63,920 nt of DNA, filler included, from Octopus bimaculoides (GCF_001194135.2; 8 parts of 7 records of this genome joined end to end with filler, not necessarily neighbours in it), one strand, 5' to 3'. Positions 52,301-63,720 are shown, counted from the whole stretch's first letter. Numbers and translations: made by a program. Notes: a model not told the origin generated them from the sequence alone.

Positions 52301-52850
52301 ACACACGAACACACACACACACACACACAAAAGAAAACATATGCGCGCGCACGCACCCATACACGCCCACATCTACCCTCTTTGCCACGCTTTCACAAAT
52401 ACTTATTTACTCCTTTTATATCGTTACAATGATTACGTCAACGAGAAAACTATACCATGGGATTCTATTTCTCATTTGAAAAAAAATCTCCACAGCAATA
52501 TGAAAACGAATAAAAGACGCGAAGAAAATAAAGCAAACCGAGGGTACCAAAGAATAATTTTAAGAATTCAGAAGAAGAAACAATGAAAAATAAATTTAAA
52601 AGAAAAATTATATCAATGCCGTAGACAATGAACATGCGTAAATGGAATTTTATCATCAAGATTATAAACGTAAGTTAAATTTCACTTAAAGATCAAAAGC
52701 TGGATTACAAAAAGAAAACCAGAATCTCCTTGCCAATGTAAAATTTATTTTTATGCTTCAAATCAGAGAAAAATACGTAAAAAAATCATAATCCATCTAC
52801 ATTAAGTATAACTTCCAGATATCCGTCTTTCTATATGTACATTCAAATTA

Positions 52851-52858
52851 TATAAAAG
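52851..52858 (+). promoter_or_regulatory. Candidate TATA box of the bHLH gene
   Basis: TATAAAAG with an Inr-like TCTAGT about 30 bp downstream. Motif match only. Confidence 0.3.
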
Positions 52859-53112
52859 TTCTCCAATATCTACATTTATCTCTAGTGGAGATAGACTATG
52901 TCTGAGAAGAAAAAAGATGGAATGATCACGCCTAGAACGGATCATAGGCTAGCGTCATCAGAGCTGAACTGGAGTTAAATAACAACATAATTTATAACAC
53001 TAGCCAAGTAAATGCAAATTTACTCTGAAGTGTCTTTAATAATAATAGCAAGTTTATGCGTATATGTATAACATTTCATAGTATTTTCAATCCCGAGCTT
53101 ACACCCCACAAC

Positions 53113-53195
<83 letters not shown>

Positions 53196-53214
53196 ACACA
53201 CGCACGCACACACA

Positions 53215-53250
<36 letters not shown>

Positions 53251-53397
53251 TACATACATACATAATTCGTGTTGCAGAAATGTGAAACAATTACAAAAAA
53301 TCCTGTTGACCATTCATATAACTACATACATACATACATACATACATACATACATACATACATACGTACGTACATAACTTTCTACAACAACATCGAA

Positions 53398-54294
53398 ATG
53401 ATGGATTTTGAAACAGCTTACCCTATTGGTTTATACCAAGAAGATAGGGATCCGTACCAAACAATGCATTCTCAATCTATAGATGCAAATCCAGTTTATC
53501 ACCTACGAGATACATCAATTGATTCTACCCCGTCTGGGTCATACAATTCGCTGAATGAAGGACCAAATGCCCAAACTAACAGAAATTTACCCTGGAGTAT
53601 ATTTGACAATGCAGTGTCTTCGCAATATGCTACAACTGGATATTATACGACACTCACTGAACCTAATGATTTGCAAATACAGCAGCAGCAACAAACATCA
53701 TTGCAGCAAAATACTCATCAACATCATAGTCACCACCAACGTGACCATCATCATCATCATCATCAACCACAGCAGCAGCAACAACAACAATCTCACGTAA
53801 CGCCATTGACCGAACTACATCACCAAGGCCAATACACATATAATTTGCAACATCACACATCTCTTCAAAATGCTGAGATTGATTTATCAGCAACATCGTT
53901 TCCAGTAGAAGTTTGCCATAGTCCTTCCAAATACAACAGTTTATCGATTTTCCATCGACCAGGAAGAACGCGTATTAGACAAATGTCCAAGTCTACTGAC
54001 AGCAGTCGTGAGGGAGCCACGGAACGGGAACGAACCCGAATGCATATGCTTAACGACGCCTTCGATGATCTTCGACGTGTTGTTCCTAAGTCGAATCTAA
54101 GTGAACATCAAAAGCTATCAAAGATAGCTACTCTCCGATTAGCAATTCATTATATATCAGCATTGGCTAGTATATTAAAGAGTACTGGTGCCGACATCAA
54201 GTTGATAAAAGACACCACCTCAATCGATGGTCGAGGACGTCGCCGAACTGGAAGAAAGAGAAAACTTTCATATAATGTCGATACAAAAACTTAA
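53398..54294 (+). CDS. Group-A (atonal/twist superfamily) bHLH transcription factor, 298 aa, uninterrupted CDS; family unresolved
   Basis: Intact ORF from ATG 53398 (the track's GTG start at 53269 translates microsatellite). bHLH at about 54007-54177: [59 protein letters not shown]-rich tract upstream, basic [13 protein letters not shown]-terminus, AATAAA at 54333. Confidence 0.93.
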   Translation: MMDFETAYPIGLYQEDRDPYQTMHSQSIDANPVYHLRDTSIDSTPSGSYNSLNEGPNAQTNRNLPWSIFDNAVSSQYATTGYYTTLTEPNDLQIQQQQQTSLQQNTHQHHSHHQRDHHHHHHQPQQQQQQQSHVTPLTELHHQGQYTYNLQHHTSLQNAEIDLSATSFPVEVCHSPSKYNSLSIFHRPGRTRIRQMSKSTDSSREGATERERTRMHMLNDAFDDLRRVVPKSNLSEHQKLSKIATLRLAIHYISALASILKSTGADIKLIKDTTSIDGRGRRRTGRKRKLSYNVDTKT

Positions 54295-54401
54295 TTGAAT
54301 ATATAGCCAAGAAGTGTGAGTGGACTGTTAGTAATAAATGCAGGTATCTAAAACTGTCTTATAATACCTAAAATGTAATTATCATGTAGACATTAAGCTA
54401 G

Positions 54402-54438
54402 GTGTATGCAAATGTGTATGCAAATGTGTATGCAAATG
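54402..54438 (+). promoter_or_regulatory. Triple 12-bp repeat with overlapping octamer (ATGCAAAT) and E-box (CAAATG)
   Basis: GTGTATGCAAAT x3 at 54402, 54414 and 54426. Function untested. Confidence 0.35.
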
Positions 54439-54560
54439 TGCGTGTGTGCGTGTGTGTGTGACTGTGTGTGTTTGACTGTGTGTGTGTGTATTAGTGTGTT
54501 TATATACGTTTGTATGAGTGAATATATATATACCTGTTGTTTGTGTGTTTGTATGTATGG

Positions 54561-54595
<35 letters not shown>

Positions 54596-54930
54596 TATGT
54601 GTTTATAAATATGATTGTGTAATTTTGAGTTGATTGACTCTTGAATATAGGTGTGGATGTATGCACGTATGAGTGAATGTGTTTATATAAAGATACGTGT
54701 ATTTTTGTGTTTTACATTTATGCAATGCACTGGATATATATCGAAAGTAGATTTAAATATACATATTTATTTAACGGATTACTTGTCCACAAATGCACAA
54801 ACGTGTTTGTATGTACATGCATGTACATATATGTATGTGTGTACTTATGTGTGCATGTAAAAATCGTTCGACGGATTCATGATAGAATCTTTTATTGTTG
54901 CTCTTCTTCTTCTTCTTCTGAATATTATTA

Positions 54931-54984
<54 letters not shown>

Positions 54985-55700
54985 ATTTTGAGGTTATTAA
55001 TGTCATTGTCGTCGTCATCGTATATAGTTCATGTTTGCATTCTAATCATTGAAATCAACTTTATTGTTCATCTAGCCAGGATCTTAAAAATACATACCAT
55101 AAAGATATTCAGACTAATAAAATAAGTACCATTAGTAAAAAATATGAACGATTAAAGCGACTGTATTCAGAAGGGGGAAAAATTTCAGATTCTTAATATG
55201 GAATGCCTAAGTATTTTTATATATTCTAGAACAATAGTTCTGAAAAGGTGTGCCACAGTGCATTGGTGAGCTACAAAGATATCTAGGTGCACCGCAGATT
55301 TTCAGGCACTTAAGCCTTTCGAAAATCCTAATCATACTCAAAATTTTGTTCGACACAAAAGTGATTAATAAAACAGCGAAAGCGAAAGATTTTTTTTTTA
55401 TGCATTTTGCTTCAAAATTTTAAACTTTAAAATAGTTTTTGGTTTGTTTGTTTGTTTGTTTTTTTTGTTTTCTTTTTGTCTTCTTTTTGTTTTGAGGGAT
55501 TTTTTTAACATCTGAGGAAACAATTGTTTTTGCCACAGTACCAGGTTTTGAACCGCAATTCTACAAAATGTCCTTTGCTACTTTTGTAATCGGAATGTGT
55601 NNNNNNNNNNNNNNNNNNNNNNNNNNNNNNNNNNNNNNNNNNNNTTAATTAATTAANNNNNNNNNNNNNNNNNNNNNNNNNNNNNNNNNNNNNNNNNNNN

Positions 55701-58310
55701 GACTTTATCGCCAGTGTTGAATTACTAGTCCCCGACTTGATGGCCAGTGTTCAATTTTGGTCCCCGACTTTATGGCCAGTGTGCGAATTTTGTTCCCCGA
55801 CTTTNNNNNNNNNNGCCAGTGTGCGAATTTTGTTCCCCGACTTTATGGCCAGTGTGCAATTTTTAGTCCCCGACTATATGGCCAGTGTTCAATGATTCGT
55901 CCCCGACTTTATGCGCAGTGTTCAATTTTGGTCCCCGACTTTGTGGCAAGTGTTCAATTTTTGGTNNNNNNNNNNGACTTTATCGCCAGTGTTGAATTAC
56001 TAGTCCCCGACTTGATGGCCAGTGTCCGAATTTTGTTTCCCGACTTTATGGCCAGTGTACATGTTCGGTCCCCGACTTTATGGCCAGTATGCAATTTTGG
56101 TCCCCGACTTTAGGGCCAGTGTTCAATTTATCGTCCCCGACTTTATGGCCAGTGTTCGAATTTTGTTCCCCGACTTTATGGCCAGTTTTCAATNNNNNNN
56201 NNNAGTGTTCGAATTTTGTTCCCCGACTTTATGGCCAGTTTTCAATTTTTGGTGCCCGACTTTATGGCCAGTGTTCAATTTTTGGTCCACGTCTTTATGG
56301 CCAGTGTGCAATTTTTGGTCCCCGACATTTTGGCCAGTGTGCGCTTTTTGATACCCCAGTTTATGGCCAGTGATCAATTTTTAGTCCCCGACTTTATGGC
56401 CAGTGTCCAAGTTTGGTCCCCCACTTTATAGCCAGTGTACAATTTCTGGTCCCCGTTTTTATGGCCAGTGTGCATTATTGGTCCCCGACTTTATGGNNNN
56501 NNNNNNNNNNNNNNNNNNNNNNNNNNNNNNNNNNNNNNNNNNNNNNNNNNNNNNNNNNNNNNNNNNNNNNNNNNNNNNNNNNNNNNNNNNNNNNNNNNNN
56601 NNNNNNNNNNNNNNNNNNNNCCCCGACTTTATGGCCAATGTTCAATTTTTGGTCCCCGTCTTTATGGCCAGTGTGCAATTATTCAAACCCGACTTTTGCG
56701 CCAGTGTTGATTTCTGGTCCCCGACTATATAGCCAGTGTCCGAATTTTGTTCCCCGACTTTATGGCCAGTGTACAATGTTCGGTCCCCGTNNNNNNNNNN
56801 NNNNNNNNNNNNNNNNNNNNNNNNNNNNNNNNNNNNNNNNNNNNNNNNNNNTGGCCAGTATGCGATTTTTGGTCCCCGACTTTATGGCCAGTGTTCAATT
56901 TATGGCCCCGACTTTATGGCCAGTGTTCAATTTTTTGTCCCCGTCTTCATGGCCACTGTGCGATATTTGGTCTCCGTCTTTATGGCCAGTGTTCAATTAT
57001 TCGTCCCCGACTTTATGTCCAGTGTACAATGTTCGGTNNNNNNNNNNNNNNNNNNNNNNNAATTTTTGGACCCCGACTTTATGGCCAGTATGCGATTTTT
57101 GGTCCCCGATTTTATGGCCAGTGTTCAATTTATGGTCCCCGACTTTATGGCCAGTGTTCAATTTTTGGTCCCCGACTTTATGNNNNNNNNNNTTATGGCC
57201 AGTGTTCAATTTTTGGTCCCCGACTTTATGGCCAGTGTGCATTATTGGTCCCCGACTTTCTGGTCAGTGTGCGATTTTTGGTCCCCGATTTATGGCCAGT
57301 GTTCAATTTTTAGACCCCGTTTTTATTGCCAGTGTGCATTAANNNNNNNNNNNNNNNNNNNNNNNNNNNNNNNNNNNNNNNNNNNNNNNNNNNNNNNNNN
57401 NNNNNNNNNNNNNNNNNNNNNNNNNNNNNNNNNNNNNNNNNNNNNNNNNNNNNNNNNNNNNNNATGGCCACTGTGCGATTTTTGGTCCCCGAATTTATGG
57501 CCAGTGTTCAATTCATCTACCCCGACTTTATGGCCAGCGTCCGAATTTTGTTCCCCGACTTTATGGCCAGTGTGCAATTTTTGGTCCCCGANNNNNNNNN
57601 NNNNNNNNNNNNNNNNNNNNNNNNNNNNNNNNNNNNNNNNNNNNNNNNNNNNNNNNNNNNNNNNNNNGCGATTTTTGGTCCCCGACTTTATGGACAGTGT
57701 TCAATTTTTGGTCCCCGCCTTTATGGCCAGTTTTCAATTTTGGGTCCCCGTCCTTATAGCCAGTGTTCAATTTTAAGTCCCCGTCTTTATGGCCACTGTG
57801 CGATTTTTGGTCCCCGAATTTATTGCCAGTGTCCAATTTATCGTCCCCGACTTTATGGCCAGTGTGCGAATTTTGTTCCCCGANNNNNNNNNNAATTTTG
57901 TTCCCCGACTTTATGGCCAGTGTGCAATTTTTGGTCCCCGACTCTATGGCCAGTGTTCAATTATTCGTACCCGACTTTATGCGCAATGTTCAATTTTTGG
58001 TCCCCGACTTTGTGGCCAGAGTTCAATTTTTGGTCCCCGACTTTATGGCCAGTGTTCAATTTTTGGTCCCNNNNNNNNNNTTGGTCCCCGACTTTATGGC
58101 CAGTGTTCAATTTTTGGTCCCCGTCTATATTGCCAGTGTGCAAATTTTTTGGTCCCCCGACTTTATGGCCAGTGTGCGATTTTTGATCCCCCATTTTATG
58201 GCCANNNNNNNNNNTTGATCCCCCATTTTATGGCCAGTGTTCAATTTTTGGTCCCCGTCTTTATTGCCAGTGTACAATTATTCGTCCCCGACATTATGGC
58301 CAGTGTTCAA
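55701..58310. repeat. 33-bp satellite array with higher-order variant order
   Basis: Consensus CCCCGACTTTATGGCCAGTGT(T/G)CAATTTTTGGT, dozens of units, many internal N gaps. Confidence 0.97.
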
Positions 58311-58318
58311 TAAACACT

Positions 58319-58447
58319 GGCTCAGTATGGGAATTGAACCCACAATCTAGCCACTGTGAGTGCAACACNNNNNNNNNNGCTCAGTATGGGAATTGAACCC
58401 ACAATCTAGCCACTGTGAGTGCAACACCTTAACCACTAGGCTCCATA
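58319..58447 (-). mobile_element. tRNA-derived SINE head, partly duplicated across a 10-N gap
   Basis: gagcctagtggttaaggtgttgcactcacagtggctagattgtgggttcaattccc on the minus strand. Confidence 0.75.
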
Positions 58448-58453
58448 CCTTCA

Positions 58454-58492
<39 letters not shown>

Positions 58493-58537
58493 NNNNNNNN
58501 NNNNNNNNNNNNNNNNNNNNNNNNNNNNNNNNNNNNN

Positions 58538-58574
<37 letters not shown>

Positions 58575-59090
58575 TACATATCCATAGGCGTATATATGTA
58601 TGGCAATCATTTTTATATCTGTTTTCCATGCTAGCATGGGTGCNNNNNNNNNNNNNNNNNNNNNNNNNNNNNNNNNNNNNNNNNNNNTTAATTAATTAAN
58701 NNNNNNNNNNNNNNNNNNNNNNNNNNNNNNNNNNNNNNNNNNNTATATATGTATATGTATATATGTATATGTATATATGTATATGTATGTATACGTATGT
58801 GTATGTATATGTATATATATGTATGTATATGTATATGTATATATATATGTCTATACATGTATAAATATATATGTATGTATGTATGTAGATATTTATATTT
58901 ATGTATGTGAGTATTCATTTGAGTATACATGAATATGTATACATGTGTATGTGTACACATGTACTTGGCCGTACATGTGCACTTTATATACATATATATA
59001 TATATTCATACATACGAACACACGTTCACACACACACACATACAAGTACATATATGTACCTGCACATACAATATATATTTATATATACTG

Positions 59091-59152
<62 letters not shown>

Positions 59153-59626
59153 GCATACACATATCCATGTACATACACATACACGCACGCACACACACCC
59201 ATGTATATATACATATATATACTTATATATAATATAATATCCAATTTGTATGCACACGTCCATATGTACACACATATCCATACATATGCCAATTGCTATA
59301 TACATTCGTGTTACATATATTTCATTTTTGCTCACATCTTTGACAGCTAACAGTCTTTTTGCGTCAACGTTTGAAACAATAATAAATGAAATCGGTTCAT
59401 TTGAATTCATTGATCATTTCAATAGCGTAACTGTTCTGTTCGGAAACTATCGTCAAAACCAACGAAACCTCATATATGTATTCTTGGCTCTATTCGAATT
59501 ATGCCCGTGCAAAGTGGAAAAGGTTATGTATCAACAACGATAGAAATACTACTACTACTACCAATAATAAAAATAATAATGATAGCAACAATAATGATAA
59601 TAATAATGTTTTATCTTGGTATAAAA

Positions 59627-59970
59627 GGTGGGCTACAGCAAATATTCTGCTCAATACCACAGATTTGCTTGTCAGTTGTTTGACCTTAACCAGTTGAGCA
59701 TGTCCTTTTGTGGCTGACGATATGTGCATCTCTGATCACGAGTAGATGTAGTGGGGGAGCATCATAGTCATGGGAACATGGCTGCTTTGTTCATCATCCC
59801 TAAAACAAATCTTATTCAAGGTCCTTTTGAGCGGGATGGGCTACTCGACCTGAAGAAAATTCAAACTGGGGTCCACCTGCAATGTCATGCGCTGTTTAGC
59901 TTGATGTGAGATGTCCATGTCACACATGTATGGTTGTGATGCATGTGCCTGGTGTATCCTTATCTGACGG
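59627..59970 (+). mobile_element. Family E repeat, undeleted copy
   Basis: cagcaaatattctgctcaataccacagatttgcttgtcagttgtttgaccttaaccagttga is shared with 38368-38430. Confidence 0.8.
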
Positions 59971-60131
59971 CTTCAGGTGAGAGAAAATACAGGAGGATCA
60001 GTTAATTATGATTGTATTCAACATATTCCCCNNNNNNNNNNNNNNNNNNNNNNNNNNNNNNNNNNNNNNNNNNNNTTAATTAATTAANNNNNNNNNNNNN
60101 NNNNNNNNNNNNNNNNNNNNNNNNNNNNNNN

Positions 60132-60606
60132 CTTGGTGAGGCCCAATGTTCGAAGGTCGTGCCTCACCACCTCATCCCAGGTCTTCCTGGGCCTTCTTCT
60201 TCCACAGGTTCCCTCAACTGCTAAGGTGTGGCACTTTTTCACACAGCTATCCTCATCCATTCTCGCTACATGACCATACCAGGGCAATCGTCTCTCTTGC
60301 ACTCCACAACTGATACTCCGTAAGTTCAACTTTTCTCTCAAGGTACTGATAATCTGTCTAGTATGCACACTGACATTACACATCCATCGGAGCATACTGG
60401 CTTCATTCCTTGCGAGCCTATGCATGTCCTCAGCAGTCACGGCCCATGTTTCACTGCCATGAAGCATGGCTGTTCGTACACATGCGTCATACAATCAGCC
60501 TTTTACTCTGAGAGAGAGACCCTTTGTCACCAGCAGAGGTAAGAGCTCTCTGAACTTTGCCCAGGCTATTCTTATTCTAGCAGCTACGCTTTCAGCGCAC
60601 CCACCC
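60132..60606 (-). mobile_element. RTE-clade LINE ORF2 C-terminal fragment
   Basis: YDACVRTAMLHGSETW..RRLPWYGHVARM..GRRRPRKTWDEVVRHDL. Confidence 0.93.
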
Positions 60607-60849
60607 NNNNNNNNNNNNNNNNNNNNNNNNNNNNNNNNNNNNNNNNNNNNNNNNNNNNNNNNNNNNNNNNNNNNNNNNNNNNNNNNNNNNNNNNNNNNNN
60701 NNNNNNNNNNNNNNNNNNNNNNNNNNNNNNNNNNNNNNNNNNNNNNNNNNNNNNNNNNNNNNNNNNNNNNNNNNNNNNNNNNNNNNNNNNNNNNNNNNNN
60801 NNNNNNNNNNNNNNNNNNNNNNNNNNNNNNNNNNNNNNNNNNNATGTAT

Positions 60850-61050
60850 TAATATTTGGAAGGCTTTTTTTAGGCATAGTCCACCAATGGATTACTGGTC
60901 TTGGTATGGGACCCTGGAATTTATTATGGCCCAGGATATCCTGTATGATACCTTTCTATTTATTAGATGGTGTATATGGTTGGCTAGGGAGATAGATTTG
61001 CTATGCTCCTCATACTTAAATGAGTTCTCTAAGTATAATTTAAAAAGTAA
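60850..61050 (-). mobile_element. Penelope-like GIY-YIG C-terminal fragment
   Basis: SFKYEEHSKSISLANHIHHL..YRISWAII..GLCLK. Confidence 0.65.
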
Positions 61051-61199
61051 TAAATATCTGCACTTACCTTACATTGGAACAGTAGGTGTCAATGAGATGT
61101 TTTGAGAGGTCTTCTAGAATTGGTTCATTGTGCAGTGCTACAAACTGTTCACGGCATATCTACACATACACAAATATATATATATAGCAAATGAAAGAC

Positions 61200-61960
61200 A
61201 GAAGATGGAATATATGAGAATTTATTATTAACCACAACAATTGTTTCAACACATCTAGCATCAACCCCTCTTGGGTGGGACACTCAATAACTGCTTCAGG
61301 ACATCTGGTGGTGCAGATGTATCTCGTTGAGTAATAAACAAATACAACTCGTTAAAATGACTGTCCCACGATTTAACTTTCCGTTTTGTAGAGAGAAAAG
61401 CAGCCAAACAGAGGAAATATCTTCATTTATATAGAAGATCAAAAGTAAAATCACAGACGACAATTAATGCTGTTCTTTGTTTTATCCTCCATTAGTCGCC
61501 ATACAAAATCTACCAAAGATGTTAAATGTCTCTTATTGATTGTCTTAAAACTGGCAACATGGTTACGATGATTCTTAAATGAATCAGCTGTCTGCCCAAT
61601 GTGCACGGTACATTTATATACAAGATTTGTATTCATACAGAGATTCATCAAAGGACATTTTGATTTTTCTCTGCATGAGCATTTATCATATTTATTTGTA
61701 TATAAGGCAGTCCCGACTCCATGTTACCATGTTAGCTGTATCATAAGTATTTCTACTACTACAAATTGGTTGTAGTTAGTGTTTATCAATGCGATTTACA
61801 TCTCCTTGGTTGGTATTCAGATGTGTATGTTCACTAGATCCTGTAGGTGGGTTATTGAACCTTTGCCGCATTTTGCTACTGTTTATCTGAAGCATAAGCT
61901 GCTCTAAATGAGCAGAATTGGCATAGGATACCTTCATGGTGTGTTGATTAAAAATCTCTC
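61200..61960 (-). mobile_element. Penelope-like element endonuclease region
   Basis: FNQHTMKVSY, then LVYKCTVHIGQTADSFKNHRNHVASF..TSLVDFVWRL. Confidence 0.85.
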
Positions 61961-62272
61961 TCTCTCTCTCTCCACACACACACACTCACTCACAACAGAA
62001 GAAAAGAACATTTAATACAGTAAGCAGAGCTTGGATTTCTAGCAAGATGTAAAACAAAAAATAGTTACTGTGTGGATGAAGTGGTTGCTGCTGCTCATGG
62101 TTTGGTGTAGTGGATGTATGGATACCAGGAGGAGAGAAAATGTGCTAAGATGTGTGCCAGAAAATCAATATTCCCTGTAAGCATTGATGCCATTTGTCAC
62201 AGCTAGACTGATTATATATTTGTGCGTGTATGTGTGTGTCTGCACAGGTGCATGTGTGTATGGTGTGTGTGT

Positions 62273-62323
<51 letters not shown>

Positions 62324-62513
62324 ATTATATGTATTTATTTTCTCCTAATTAATAAATAACTCGGACAAAATAAATTGGTTAATAGATACCAGGGTAGCAA
62401 AGATCACAAAATANNNNNNNNNNNNNNNNNNNNNNNNNNNNNNNNNNNNNNNNNNNNTTAATTAATTAANNNNNNNNNNNNNNNNNNNNNNNNNNNNNNN
62501 NNNNNNNNNNNNN

Positions 62514-62556
<43 letters not shown>

Positions 62557-62557
<1 letters not shown>

Positions 62558-62700
62558 GACGAGCTTCTTTCAGTTTCCGTCTACTAAATCCTTTCACAAG
62601 GCTTTGGTCAACCGGAGGCTATAGTAGAAGACACTTGCCCAATTTGCCACGCAGTGGGACTGAAGTTGGAACCATGTGATTGGGAAGCAGACTTCTTTAT
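62557..62700 (-). mobile_element. SINE family D head
   Basis: gacgagcttctttcagtttccgtctactaaatcc..agaagacacttgccc..gcagtgggactgaa. Confidence 0.85.
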
Positions 62701-62929
62701 CTCGTGATATTGGCTATGAAAGCAGTACATAGAGGGGGCAGCAGAAGGTGGGGCTAAAAATAATAAAACGAATGGAAAGGGTGAATTAGATATAATGACA
62801 GATGAAACGAAGCCGTTCGACCCCATCTCCAGGCGACTTCATTGAACCTGTTAATACATTTTTTTAAAAACTCAGTTTATAACATTGTTTTTACTATCAT
62901 AATCATCAACATCATGAAGGAAGATATCT

Positions 62930-63720
62930 TTGTTGGACGAGAGATACGAAATTCTTTTTCTATCGTGATGGTTAATCCAAACCGTTTAAAGAACTTATAT
63001 AATTTTTTTCATTAGTAGTTAAAGCTGCCTATTTGAGGTGTTTCTAAGGATAAATAACGCATCGTCTCTGTAAAGGCCTCCTCTAATCTCTGGGAATTCT
63101 TCGTGTAAATGTGATAATAGCCAAATACCCATTAAATCAGATACCTGTGCTGAGTCCGGGGCACCCATAGTGATGTCAAAATAATTGGCGGGGGTGCCCC
63201 TCCTTACCCATAGTTTATTATAGATTTCCTAGCTTCTATGATTACCTTAATTTTGTTCATTGTCAATTTGATATGTGTTTTAGCGAAGATAAGAGCGCTA
63301 TTTAGAATCGTAGGAGTAATTGATTAGTAGTAGTTCTCTATGTCTATTTGTAGGAACTTATAACTATTTTTATTCTGTGTATTGGTGAACCAATTATGGG
63401 AGTCGTGGGTATTTGACCATAATTCTAGAGTGATTTTTTAATTTTTTTATAGTAGGAATATATTTATCTAAGATTAATTTACTTAGCTTACATAGATAGG
63501 ATTTATAGGGCAGATTAGTCTAACTTTCGTATGTGTTAAGAAATTTTCTTTATGGTTCTTAATTGTTCTGCGGGATTGTCTTGAAAACAGATTGGATGGT
63601 ACATTATTTACATTGTTTACATTGGACGGATATGTGTCCTCATCTTGTTTGTTGTTACCACAACGTTTTGGCTGATTTACTTTCCAGCCTTCATCAGGTG
63701 TCCTGGTGGAATTTTGAACC
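62930..63720 (-). mobile_element. Penelope-like element RT region with upstream terminal repeat
   Basis: NHKENFLTHTKVRLICP, FDITMGAPDSAQVSDLMG, GGLYRDDAL and FGLTITIE motifs, with stops. Confidence 0.88.
63657..63703 (-). ncRNA. Minimal hammerhead ribozyme motif, G12A variant
   Basis: Minus strand: GGACAC CTGATGA A GGCTG GAAAGTAAAT CAGCC AAAA CGT T GTGGT. Confidence 0.65.

Noticed and set aside
53269-53397. N-terminal extension of the bHLH ORF from GTG 53269
   Set aside because: It translates a (CATA)n microsatellite (YIHT repeats). ATG 53398 is the more credible start.
55701-58310. CRISPR-like alternation of conserved and variable segments
   Set aside because: The variable parts are recurrent variants of one consensus, not unique spacers. 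There are no cas genes and the context is eukaryotic.
55757-58313. Repeated FGPRL (pyrokinin/FxPRLamide-like) or HTG (zinc-finger-linker-like) peptides in satellite ORFs
   Set aside because: There is no Gly plus dibasic site after PRL, no signal peptide, and no C2H2 spacing. Open frames follow from a stop-poor 33-bp unit.
61231-61310. Hammerhead-like GAAAC-AATT-GTT palindrome on the minus strand
   Set aside because: The first core strand reads CTGAAGC, and I could not form stems I and II.
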